From Octopus sinensis (Eukaryota): a stretch of DNA of 64,000 nucleotides. Each line of letters begins with the position of its first letter. Within the stretch, counting starts at the first letter, position 1. This document shows positions 47,521-59,621 of the stretch, one piece after another. The notes below the pieces were generated by a model. That model was not told the origin of the DNA. It saw nothing but the letters and a program-made list of their open reading frames with translations, and searched no databases. Made by a program: the position numbers and the translations under genes. Where the stretch lies: assembly GCF_006345805.1 (NCBI RefSeq), contig NC_043001.1, positions 116,746,001-116,810,000 of the forward strand, read 5' to 3'.

Positions 47521-48054
47521 ACCCGTTCTGTTTTTAGCGGCTGAACATTGTAAATATTACAATCCACCACTTTCAGCCTTGCGCGCCCAGAACCAAGGAC
47601 ATCAGATAGCCACTTATTGTTACTGTTACCAAGAAAGAGAGAATAAAGTAGTTATATATATATTACGTTTGCGTCTTGTTGTTTCTGACTGGTAGAATTC
47701 TGGATTATTAAAGCAACGGCTAGTGATTGCTTTCTTGTACCCCGAAAGTACAAGAGAAGATATTCGCTTACAAAGTTCGTTACACACCGTTAGTTACAGC
47801 AGCTTTTGTTGGAATCAGAGATTCCAACGATCGGAGCTTGCTTTACTTCTGCAACGTTCACTGACTCAGTCGAGTTGTTATGCATTGCATAAAGAAATAG
47901 CTAAATCCCTTGAAACCAACAACGTGAACGTCATAGAATTTCGAGATCCCAGATGTCGATTCTTGCATTTTTTGTGGATTTAACATTTCGTTTAGCTCAT
48001 TTGTGATAATTTTCTGTTAAAATATTCTGCTCTTGTTTCAATTTATTTTGAAAA

Positions 48055-48435
48055 CTAGCAGCATCGCCCGGCGTTGCTCGGGTTTGTTTCGACCCTTTAG
48101 AATTGGAATTTTTGAAAAGTAAAAATTTTGCATTATGTAGCTTGTTATTCTCTTTAAGTGAACATTTTCTGGTTGAAATACACCGAAAAATGGCGACACA
48201 GCAGTCAAAAAATTGTAAAAAATAGGGATTTTCATAGAAAAAAAGCACCTTTTTGATGTAAATAATTTTTGGTGTTAACACGGTCCATTTGAATTTTTTC
48301 TTCTACGGAAGAAAGAGCAAGCCTTCTTCTATCATACTCTCAATTTTGGTCAACTTGCGCCGCAGGGTCTCGGAGGAGATAGTGTTAGTTGAAGGCTGCC
48401 ATACACAGACAATTTCAGTTTTATAGAGAGAGAGA
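48055..48435 (-). mobile_element. Non-autonomous Helitron with the same termini as the 2029/11319 copies but a different core
   Basis: Sense A|TCTCTCTCTATAAAACTG ... CAAACCCGAGCAACGCCGGGCGATGCTGCTAG|T. Confidence 0.75.
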
Positions 48436-48649
48436 TAATGAAGGAATCTATCTAAATAACTTCAATTCCCTTTGAAGTCTATAAATATATTTTGTTTGGA
48501 TGTGTAATTATATTTTCATGCTTAATAAATTGTAACAACCACAAATATAAGCCTCCAGAAAGTGAAACAATGCATTACTAAATGAATACAATTTACTTTA
48601 CTTTGAAAATTAATGCAACTATTATAAAATATTTGTGTTCTTTGTAGTC

Positions 48650-48870
48650 GCAGTCACAAGATCTTGGGTTTCATTCCCGGACCGGGCGCAGCATTCTTGA
48701 GTAAAACACTTCATTTCACGTTGCTGTGCGATCGCTTTGATGCCTGACGAGTGGCACACCATGCAACTGTACAGACAATATCGATTTAGTGGAGGGAGGG
48801 AGCTGATGTGAGATTGTTCAACAAGAAATTGCAGAACTCCCATCACTCGTCTACGACTGGAGAATCCACA

Positions 48871-48949
<79 letters not shown>
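48650..48949 (+). mobile_element. CORE-like SINE ending in a long perfect (CA)n
   Basis: ggtttcattcccggacc (B-box-like), cttgagtaaaacacttcatttc (CORE-like), and (AC)n at ~48874-48949. Confidence 0.55.
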
Positions 48950-48953
<4 letters not shown>

Positions 48954-49009
48954 CCTTCCAAAAGGTAGGCAGTGATACGGGTCACTGTTTGGTTTGCTAC
49001 AAGATTAGA

Positions 49010-49770
49010 CCGCAGTTAAAGAAGATGCTTTACATGAAATCACTCGTCAAGCAACGCATTGACGTTACTATGGAACAAGACCCAGATGAAGCAGAAGAAT
49101 TCATAAGGTGGATGCCTTCCCCTCAGACACCTCATCAGATGTAGAGATAGAGATGGGATTCTCCCAGGGACTACGTCCACAATGCTGCACTGAAGGTTTT
49201 TGGTAAAAAAAATGGTGCAAGACACAAGATTAGTTGGAAGCAATTTCGAGCAAACTCACCACTGTCTCTGAGGCAAAGCGTGAAGAAACCGTTCACCCGG
49301 ATGACTGAGTCGATATCGCTATACATAGCATTAATCCATCCACGAAAAGTCGGGCCCCAGAGCAACCGCCGCCAGATACCAATGATCAACCCTATCGAAT
49401 GCATTAGACTGGTATAAATTCACCAGTGCCCCACCTTTGCCAGAAATTTTACCCACCCGTTCAATAGTGTAGCGTATGAGGTGAAGGTTGTCGTGTATTG
49501 TCCTACATGAGATAGCGCATGTCTGCGCCTTTCCCACCAGTTCGCCCACGACATGCCCCACTCCCTAGGTTAACACCTTAGCCATAATCTTTAACTATGT
49601 GTTTAGCAGAGTTATGGGCCTGCAATTATCAACGTCATTCCCCTTGCTCGGGTCCTTCCTGATCAGTGTTACTACTCCCTGGCTCACAGATTTGGTAATT
49701 CTCCCGTTTTGCTGCCAGTTCGCGTATACAACAGCCAGTATGTTCCCGGACAAGTCTGGCATACTCTTTG
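49010..49770 (-). mobile_element. Tx1/L1-clade LINE RT fragment, decayed
   Basis: QGVVTLIRKDPSKGNDVDNCRPITLLNT*LKIMAKVL, GKAQTCAISCRTIHDNLHLIRY, NAFDRVDH and FRGWINAMYS. Confidence 0.75.
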
Positions 49771-50249
49771 GCTTACGGAGTTCTAGTATTTATAATTATA
49801 CAAAACTAGCTAGAAAATATGTATACTGTAGAGAACAAAAGATATTCTTTGGGGGTCGACTGTTATCTCAATTCTACTCTCCACCGCTTACAAGAGGTTA
49901 GAAGGGTCAAGAGGCAATGACATAAATCGGCTTAGCGGTGCCATGTGTTCATTGTAACTGCAGTCACTATTGTTTTTCTGTGGAAAAAGTGATGTTGAAA
50001 TGCCAAAGAAAATTGGCAGATTCAGGTTCGAGTCTACTCTGTCCCTAAATGAAGTCACTAGTGTGTGTGTGTGTGTGTGTATATACATACACATATACAT
50101 ATATATTTTCCCATATATATATATGTATATACATATATATTTATGTGTGTGTGCGTGAGTGACGAACAGCTACAAAATACTAAAGCTAAAATTTGAGTGC
50201 AAATTATCAATCGCTCTCTTTTGGTCAATCGGCGCTCGGTCGAGGAGCA

Positions 50250-52150
50250 AGCTCTCGCATTATGTTGATGTGTACGAAGGTAGACCTCTTATCGTTTCTA
50301 TTTGCATACATTCCTTTTATTCTCTCTTTCTCTCTCGCGGTCACATAGATAAAAATAGCTATCGTACAGAATGGATATCTACAAACACGCATTCCTTTCC
50401 GTAGTTCAGGACCATCTAAGATTGGCGACCCGACGTAGAACATGCACCACATCATCTAAAATGGTAACCCCGACGTTCTAGATCACAATTCCTTCTAAAA
50501 TGTATTAAACTTCGACAAGAATTAGCTTCGATTGAAGACACCTTCATCGTACCTAATTGTTAGTTCTTATTTTCACTTACAGCAATTAAATGAACAACAC
50601 TGGATTTAGCGAGAACAGGATTGGTGCAAGGACGTCCACATGCTTCTCACCAGTTTTTACCTCAAATGATGATAATGCTGATCCCTATGACAGCACCGAA
50701 CACTCTATACTGTCATGAAGAGAGTGAATGGTAGAAAGGAATTTTGGTGGAATGAAAACTTTCTAAAGTATTTTCCATGGTTCTTTACGGGATATGCTGT
50801 AAAAAGGTTGGGTCAAACCAAAAAAGTACGTTGATTTGTAGTGTTCTTAGGATTTTTCTTGCAGTTGACAGGTGGCAAAAATCTTATCTTCTGTGCTACA
50901 TCCACGATGAAATCTGTTCTGTGATGCAAGGAGTACAGATTTGGTTATTGGTGGGAGACGTTCAAACAATCTTATTAGAATGCCCCCTACCAATAACTGA
51001 ATTTGTATTCCTTGCGAACATTTTTCTAGCAATCGAGAGTCGAAACTCTCCTACAATTGTCAATCGCTCGATCTCTTTTCTTGGAAATTGTCACGATTGG
51101 GCCATGTTTGAAGTGAGATGGAACTTGATTTCGTCATACTAACCCCAGTTATCAGTTTTTTGAAATCCAAGAAATTCAGAAGAGATATCATGACTTAATT
51201 TGCAATTCACCTCATGAAGATGGATCCTGGATCAATGAAAGATGTTCCTGGAAAACTACTTGCGTATCAGGATCGTTAAGCTTTCCCACACAGATACATT
51301 TTGGTAGGGTTTCATTGTTAGTCTGTCTGTACATAGGATGTCATTTTAATTTTTGCTTTAACAAATGCATGATCTGACCAACAATCTGCCTCTTTAAAGG
51401 AATGCACGTCAAGTACATCTTTCATATCTCATTGCCAAACAATTACAAAATCAATTTCATGTCACTGTTTGGATCGAGGCTGCATCCATGTCATAATGTA
51501 ACATTCTTTATGTATAAACTGGGCACTTGATATAAATATGTCTATATCTGTGCAAAATTGAAGGAGTAGCCAACCATTATCATTCATTTTCCCAACCCCA
51601 TACCTTCCAAGACATCTCCAGGTGTTTCAGTCAGTGCCAACTCTAGCGTGAAAGTCACCAAGTATAATAATTCTATCAAAATTAGCAATACCACGCACTC
51701 TCTTAAAACTTCATAAAATTCGAGTTTTGCCTTTTCACTTCTTTCTAGAGCCGGTGCATATGTCCTTATACTTGTCGCATAGCGATCATCTCTTCATTTC
51801 ACGTGTAGAGCCATAGTTCCCTCGTTAATACCCTGGGTGAGTCACTCAACTTTGACACTAATCTTTAATGACAAATCTTCACACACTTCCATACGTTGTC
51901 CATCTTCTCCTTTCCAAAATATTGTATACCCTGCGTCGCGTTCTGTGACCTGACCATCACCCAATAAACAGCTCTCTGAGAATGCAGTAATATCTACAGA
52001 AAATTTTCGTAGCTCGTTAGCAAGAATGTCTGTTTTACGCCCAGGACAAGCACCAGCATTATCAGCTAATGAGCGAACATTCCGTTGGTTGATTAGTTTT
52101 GGTAATATTAATTCCATTGTTTCGAGCGCTGTACGGACATCTGCCTACTG
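50250..52150 (-). mobile_element. RTE (BovB-like) LINE, decayed endonuclease and RT
   Basis: NVRSL...ILANELRKFSVDITAFSE...GYTIFWKG, TWMQPRSKQ*HEIDFVIV...DCWSDH, SQNRFHRGCSTEDKIFATCQLQEK and RYDEGVFN. Confidence 0.8.
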
Positions 52151-52463
52151 CACTAAACTGAACAGATTTTTGAGGTAAGCGAATTTGGGGTTACCATTTC
52201 TAAACCCTCCCAAATACATTGGTGCGTGGTGCTGTCCCTAAAAAAAGTGCTGCTCTGACACTTAATAGAGAAATCGAATCCCACCATTACCTTGGGTTGA
52301 TGCAGAAGCGAATTTACACCTACTAAAAGGCCGCCTTTTTTGCAGGTTGGTGACTAGATACCTTCAGCCCATCAGCTTTATATCGAATGCCACCTTCTTC
52401 TCACCACAGGTCTTGTGATAAAAAAAAAAAATAAACAAAGGACAGCAAAATTACAAAGGAACA

Positions 52464-52782
52464 TTTTTTATTATTTTACGCGCCCTTTTCAAGCCTAGCC
52501 AAGCTCAAGGGCCCGGTTTCCCGGTTTCTATGGCGTATGTGTTCCCCCCAGCTGGATGGGACGCCAGTCCACCGCAGCGTTACTCAAGAAACAGGAAGAA
52601 AGAGTGAGAGAAAGTTGGGGCGAAAGAGTACAACAAGGGTCGCCACCACCCCCTGCTGGAGCCTCATGAAGCTTTTAGGTGTTTTTGCTCAATAAACACA
52701 CACAACGACGGTCTGGGAATCGAAACCGCGATCCTCCGACCGCGAGTCCGCTGCCCTAACCACTGGGCCATTGCGCCTTCAC
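52464..52782 (-). mobile_element. tRNA-Arg-headed SINE (OR-like) with an alternative 3' tail
   Basis: Head and middle are shared with 7347-7719. The tail gactggcgtcccatccagctggggg...gaaaccggg differs. Confidence 0.8.
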
Positions 52783-54305
52783 ACAAAAAAACATAAAAGA
52801 ACAATAAGGCAGCAATGAAGATAACACAATGACGTCAGAAAAACCCGTGCAGAATTGAAACCTTGTGCAATTTGCACAGCATTGCAAAAACTCAAGTAGG
52901 TACTCTCTAAGTACTTCAAAGATAAACTGAAGCTAGATATTTGACTCAGTAATTCTAATGGATGTTGCATCAGAGAATCGTTCTACCCTTTCTCAATCAA
53001 TAATGACCTATAAGATAGCCGGTGTCTAAGAACATAAAGTATATAAATATATAAAGAAACAAAACAATATAAAAAAAATATACATTCGTAAAGTATAAAA
53101 TTTTAAAATATAGGAATTATAGACAATTATAGACAATATATACATATCTACACAATGCTGAATGGCCGTTGACTCTCTCTCTCACACACACACATACACA
53201 TACACAGACACACACGGTATACATAAAATTAATATGGACAGAAGTCTACAGTGTTTTACTCAAAAGAAAAACTATAATTGTCACTAAATATGACTAGGGT
53301 GTTAGAAACACTGACATTGCTAGAAATAAGAGCTAAAATGCTCTAATTCTGTTGTCAAAGCGCATAATTGTATACATATACAGACAGGGACTGTAATGGA
53401 CTGAAAACACCAATCGAGAGAATTCCCTATATGTATATATGCGCGCGTGTACATACATACACACACACAATTTGGTCAGTAATATCTAATCAACTTCACA
53501 TCTGCTACTCATCAACCACACACGACATATTGCGTAGCCACAACTTTTCATTAACGGTTGTCCGATCGGCTAAGATGTAGACGTTGACATCGATCATCAA
53601 TGGTTGTCCTGGCAACTAAGTAAAGATGACTGACATGGAAGTTGCGTTATTGTCGTATTGATTGGGTATTTACGACCTTGGTGATAACAACAACAACAAA
53701 AATATTGGTGGTGGCGGCGATGATTAATTTGGAAGATAATGAATAATATTGATTTCATTTTGACCTGATATAATTTCTTTACATTTTCCGTGGAGGGAAA
53801 CAGGGAAGTTATGGTGAATCTGCATTGGGAGGACATAAGTGAAGTGAAGTGATTCCAAAGGGGAATCGAAACTGGACCGCGTTGTTGGAAAACTGGAGCC
53901 TCTGAGGGGACAGTGGGACCTCCATGCTAAAGGTTACTAATCTTTAGCAGTTGTCACTCATTTTTTAAATCAATAATCTCCGAAATACTCTTTTATTCTT
54001 ATCTCTTTGTCTGTCCGAAGGATTTCATTTATTTATCCTAAACATCCATACTTGTTGTTTCATACGATCTGAAGGCTTTCTTTTCATAAGTTCCAAGTTA
54101 GTCTGCAGATATGAGGTAATACACAGAAGATGAACATGGCCTTCACTTGTAAACACTTTCCATGATTATTCAACTTGTATATGTTTGTGACCTAGAGTAA
54201 AGGTTTTTAAAGTTACAGCTCTGTTCTATGAATTCATTGTACAGTGTTCCTTTATCGAATGACATATTACAGCCTTCTGAACAGAGTTATCATTAGATGG
54301 TTTCA

Positions 54306-54705
54306 CTTCCCAAACAGATCTTCTACTCCCAACTCAAAGACGACAAGCGTACAAAGGAGGCCAGAAGAAACGCTACAAGGACTCCCTGAAAACGAACCTC
54401 AAAAAGTGTGACATCGACTTCACTAACTGGGAGGAAACGGCAAAAAACAGACCACTCTGGAAAACCACCATCCATGAGGGAACGGCGACTTTCGAGTCGA
54501 AAAGGTCTGCAGAGCTGGAGGAGAAAAGACGACGACGGAAGGAGCGCCAACAACAACCACGTGCGACTCTCCCTTCCGGCACTAGATGTCCGCACTGCGA
54601 CCGATCTTTTCAGGCAAGAATTAGTCTTATCGGTCACCTACGGACTCACCAGTAAATTTGCGCGAAGACCATCATCCTCGACCTTGAAGGATTGCCATCA
54701 TCAGA
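54306..54705 (+). mobile_element. RTE LINE 3' end with C-terminal C2H2 zinc finger
   Basis: LPKQIFYSQL...QKKRYKDSLK...W...CPHCDRSFQARISLIGHLRTHQ* (stop 54653-54655), then gaagaccatcatcctcg...gattgccatcatca. Confidence 0.85.
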
Positions 54706-54734
54706 TGGTTTCACATCGTGCTGCTTCTAATTCA

Positions 54735-54815
54735 AAGGGTGTATTAGTTTGACGCTCAGGAAAAATGGGAGGAATCTGACGTTTCGAGCCTACGCTTTTC
54801 TGCAGAAAGGAAGGA
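54735..54815 (-). mobile_element. Penelope-like pLTR fragment with a degenerate hammerhead motif
   Basis: Sense CTGCAGA-A-AAGC-gtag-GCTC-GAAAC-GTC, followed by gagcgtc...taatacac as at 56895-56975. Confidence 0.5.
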
Positions 54816-55891
54816 GCTAATAACGGGTTAGATACTTATTTGTGTGGTGCGACGTGAGGATATTGCGTTCATTGTACGTGCTTAGAGAAGCGTATTGTAG
54901 ACGATGTGATTCTTTTGAATACAGGTCAAGTAGTGACCAAGAATGCGCGAATTTCTGCGCTGACCCTCTTGAGCTTTTCTATGTATAGCTAGATTTTGGC
55001 GGCAAAATAATGAAAAATTTCACTAGACTACGGGCGATCGAATGATCTCAGCTGCCATATGATTGGTTAGAATTCAGTCGTCTAATGTACCCTGGAAAAC
55101 TTCTCGTTACCAGACTAACGAAGTTTCGATTCTAAGCCGCGCTACATTCGTAATAAGACCCGAAAAAAAAAAAAAAGAAAAAAGTACAGATACACATTAT
55201 GCTTGAAAATTTCCGTTGCAATTAAAAAAATTTTCACACTATCATCATAAAAACATGCAGCTAAACACACGTTCACACACTACAATCTAAACCAAATCTG
55301 ACTGATTCAAACCTAACACTCACAACTCGGATTAATACCCCTGAGTTAAAACCTAATGAACTGTAACCATGAAACCTATAATAAAGACGAACCGTATGCG
55401 AATAACATGTAACTTTACAACGCAGCTATGTATAAGTAAAATGTACCAATAAATACTATATAGTTAATAGTTGGACAGGAAGTCGAGATACTTAAATCTA
55501 AACGCAAACGCTGGCTTGGGTATATGGGTTTGTAAGTACATATGTGTGTCTGTGTGAGTCTATATATATATACACATATAGGAGTGTGCTTTTGTGGGTG
55601 TTTGCGTGTTTGTGTGTATGGGTGTGCTCACGTACATAGGAAACTATATGATGGTGTGAGGATCTGTACGTGTCTTGGATAAATATATATATTGTATGTA
55701 TGTGTCCATATGCGTATATGAGTATGAATATATATGTATGTGTGTAAATATATATATATATATATGTCTGTATATGTGTGTATGCCTGGATCAATGGATG
55801 GACCTATATGTATGTATATATGAGTGTGTATGTGTGTATTTATATATGTGTTTGTATATCTATCTATCTGTCTGTGAGTGTGTGTGCGTGT

Positions 55892-56301
55892 GATCTTTTC
55901 GGTTTGAACGGCAGTTTTTTCTAGCGGTGTCATATGAAATTGTCACCCATAATTATGACCCTAGTATCGATCTATTGCATTTCAATCTATTTTAGGGTTA
56001 GGGGTGGAGTGAAGGGTATCTTTTTTTCGTCACAAATGTAAATAAACCCAATCTGTTTCTTAAACGAGGGACATATTCATACGGCACAGAATGTTTTTTT
56101 TAACCTCAATAGACGTCAGTGATTGGTTGAAATTTCAGAAATTGAAGAAAATAAACAACAAATATCTTACAAACTATAGAATTTCCTCAATAAAGCCAAG
56201 AGAAGAAGATGTTTTATAAACACATTCTACCAGTATACGAAGTTTAAAATATTTTAGTTACCTAGAAATTATGTTAAAAACTGCCGTTCAAACCGAAAAG
56301 A

Positions 56302-56304
<3 letters not shown>
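55892..56304. mobile_element. MITE, copy of the 45022-45440 family
   Basis: GATCTTTTCGGTTTGAACGGCAG ... CTGCCGTTCAAACCGAAAAGATCC, inserted in (GT)n. Confidence 0.85.
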
Positions 56305-56335
<31 letters not shown>

Positions 56336-56630
56336 TATCTGTTTGAATGTATATGAATGAACAAAAAACTACTTGACTGGGAATTAATTTTCTTTTCTTT
56401 ACTTCTACTTTCTTTTTCTCTAAGCAGTTATGACAGCAAAAGCTGATTAGGTCATTTTATCTAAACAGGAACGCAAGATTTCCACGTTCATATTTGAATT
56501 TTTTAGCGTTTCTGTAATATTTGTTTTTATCCATTCCCTAACTTCATGGACATATATAACAAGTCGGCCGACAAAAAAAAAAAAAAAAAGAGAAAAAGAA
56601 AAAAAAATTGTAGTGAGACATATCTTTATC

Positions 56631-56690
56631 GATGTACCTGATGAGACCAAGACTGATGGGTCGAAACACATGCTGTAACCGGCAAATATT
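56631..56690 (+). other. Hammerhead-ribozyme-like motif (core intact, stem I unpaired)
   Basis: CTGATGA (56638-56644), GACC/GGTC stem II, GAAA (56663-56666), possible 3-bp stem III and GTA triplet. Confidence 0.45.
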
Positions 56691-56725
56691 TAATACCGAA
56701 TCCATCTCCTACCAATTAATATTGT

Positions 56726-56766
56726 GTATGTATGTATGTATGTATGTATGTATGTATGTATGTATG

Positions 56767-56838
<72 letters not shown>
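56726..56838. repeat. (TATG)n(TA)n microsatellite
   Basis: Directly visible. Confidence 0.95.
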
Positions 56839-56840
<2 letters not shown>

Positions 56841-56889
56841 ATTAAAAAGACAGAGAAAAAACAAAAAGAAAAACAAAAAAGAGGACATA

Positions 56890-57140
56890 GCAAAAGCAGT
56901 GTATTAAAATGACGCTCGGAGAAGGAAAAGAGTAGTTGTTTTACGTTTCGAGCATATAACTCTTCTTCGGAAACAGGAAAGTCCAAATGGAAGAAGAAAG
57001 AAGGAGGAAAAAAATCGCTAATAATCCACGAACGGTTACATTTCTGAAGTGACCGGAAGGAGGAGAAACAGAAAGTGGTTTCTGGGACAGGAAAGTGTAA
57101 ATATAATTGGCCATGAGAAAATACCAGTTGAGGCAAATTT
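56890..57140 (-). mobile_element. Penelope-like pLTR fragment with a degenerate hammerhead motif
   Basis: Sense CCGAAGA-A-GAG-ttatatg-CTC-GAAAC-GTA. Confidence 0.45.
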
Positions 57141-57599
57141 ATTCAAACCTTTTCAAATGTTTGCTCTTGAGCCTTATTAATTGTCATTGAATATGCAAGT
57201 CGAAGTGGAAACTAAAGTCTGTTTAGTGTGAATTTCTTCTGGCGTGCAGTTGTTGAAAATTTCTGGGTACAAATGTACAAATTGAAATTCAAAAGAACGA
57301 AATAATAAATGGATTCACGAATGAAAGTTTGGTAATTGCGTTTATTTCTACCACGCGACACTTATTATTGCAAACATGTTTTAACTAACCTATACTATTA
57401 TACACACGCAATTTGTGACTTAATTTTATTCTCGTGTGATAATGAAAAGTGAAACTGGCAGCCAATATTTGCTGTCTATGTATCTATTTATGAATTGTCT
57501 CTCTCACTTTCTCTTTGTCTCTTACTTCCTTTGTATCCCTCTTCTCTCCCGTTTTTGATTAAACAATGTGTATATGTATCTATGTATCTACTTCTCTTG

Positions 57600-57900
57600 C
57601 GATGTGATAAACATTTAAAAGCACAAAATGAACGCCGTCACCACTCACTGTCTCTTTCACTTTTTCCCATTCTCTTTCTTTCTCTCTGACGTCTTCTCTG
57701 AAACATTTAAAAACACTAAACGAATGCCGTCATCACTCACTCTCTCTTTCGTTCTCTCTCTCTCTCTCTCTCTCTCATCCTCTCTCACTCTCTTTCTTTC
57801 TCTTTTAATTCCTCTCTGAAACATTTAAAAGCACAAAACGAACGCCATCACTACTGATGTCGCTTTCGCTTTCTCTCTCACTCCCTGTCTCTTACTTCTC
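57600..57900. repeat. Three ~90-120-bp units with CT-rich spacers
   Basis: aaacatttaaaa.cac.aaa.gaa.gcc.tca at 57609, 57701 and 57819. Confidence 0.8.
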
Positions 57901-58427
57901 TCTCTCGCTTTGCCACTTCAAAGAAGTGTGACGCACACAACAGGTACGCTAATAACAAAAAAAGTTAGCGTATTAATATTATTGATATGCATTTTAAACT
58001 AATGCTTAATTATAGTAGGTGTTAAGGAAGTTACAAACCAGGTGAAGTGTGGAAAAAGGATTAAGGGATGTTGATGAAGTATCGATCTTTAAAGTAAAGT
58101 AAAATAATATGATGATAAGGTAAATACAATAATTTAATTAAGTGAGCTTATGCGATCCTCTGAATTACATAATGAAAATAAATATAGAAAGCTATAGTAG
58201 GGGTAGTCATTCAAACAGAATTTGTGTTAACAAGAATATCTGAATGTCAGCAAGAATCTTTAACTATGCTAAGAGCAAGCCTAATGGAAAATATTTACTA
58301 ACAATAAAGAAGTTAAAAGCATTTTAAGTTGCATAGTTTTAGCCAATGAAATTTAAGCCTCTTTCCTCACAGCGGAAGTTGAAACAATTTGTTGTCGTGG
58401 CAACTCCGCTTCATATATTAATTATAC

Positions 58428-58832
58428 TGGAAGTATAGTATGTGACGATTCCGAGAGTCTATATGTGTTGGAAGCATGTGGTTGGAAGGGAGAACCCTTC
58501 CACTTAGAGCTGTAATTTTATTTATATACTGCCAGGTGAAAGAGATGACAAGTATTGTAAAAGAAGAACTAGGGAGTGGTGCGACTGCAGCAGTTGATTA
58601 CAAAACTTATTTGCGAGAGGTCTGAGCAGACGAATTACTGCGCAATCGGAAGAAAATTGGTGGTCCTGGCAGAATTGTCGAAATAGACGAAACCGTGTTT
58701 TCGAGAAGAAAATACAACCGGGGTCGAATACTACCCGTTCGAGTAGGTTTTCACGAAACGCGAGAAGTTTTTCTTTTCGCCATACCTTCTCGAGATCGTA
58801 ATATGCTCGAAAAATGCATATCTGAATTTTGC
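58428..58832 (+). pseudogene. Merlin / IS1595 (ISXO2-like) DDE transposase remnant
   Basis: One frame, two stops: SICVGSMWLEGRTLPLRAVILFIYC...VDYKTYLREV*ADELLRNRKKIGGPGRIVEIDETVFSRRKYNRGRIL...RDRNMLEKCISE. Confidence 0.85.
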
Positions 58833-59399
58833 TTATTTCAATGTGTTTTCGTTTCATTCCGGCTGCTATTTCTAGCAGCAGGTCGAAGAACTCTGACTAT
58901 GGCAATGTATGTAAATATAAATCATCAAGTGGCTAGAATTTAAAAAAAAAATCCTTTACAGTTTTTATTCAAGAGTTTTCTTTTCATATCGGCTGCTATT
59001 TCTAGCGGTAGGTCGACGAGCAAAAACAATAATATTATTGTACATAAATATGTCTTCAAGAAAATGTTCATTATTTCATCATTATTTTCTTTCAATAAAT
59101 TCTTTTAAGAAAAAACAAAAAAACTCTTTTTTTGTTTTCTTTTCTTTCATTAAATATTTTAAAAAAGCCTCATATTTCTCTTTGTTTTCAACGTTTGTGA
59201 AAACACACTCATTTCATTGGTTAAAAATGTATAACTTTTAAATGCTTCTATCCTATAAATTATTAATTTTTCGAAAAATTCAATACATCTGTGTAGAAAT
59301 TTTGAAAACAATCCATTCAGAATTGAAAAATCTTCAAGTGGCTGGAAAATATCCGATCGAGGGGATCGACTCCCCCTTCCCCTTCCCCTCAAAAACTGC

Positions 59400-59582
59400 T
59401 GGCTCTGGGCCAAAACTTGAAAGCATTACTATTATTATTCGTCTGAGTTCAAATTCTGCGAGGTCAACTTTGCCTTTCATCTTTTCGGGTTGATAAATTA
59501 AGTACCAGTGAAATACAGAAGTCAATGTAATCGACTAGTCCTCACCCTCAAAATTTAAGGCTTTGTGCTTTTACTAGAAAGG

Positions 59583-59621
<39 letters not shown>

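Noticed and set aside
47256-47537. 93-aa + ORF and a minus-strand open frame across the GC island
   Set aside because: No recognisable domain. Open frames are expected in GC-rich sequence.
52710-52782. tRNA gene
   Set aside because: It is a SINE head. A/B boxes are present but the acceptor stem is absent and SINE body follows. The same applies to the other tRNA-like heads.
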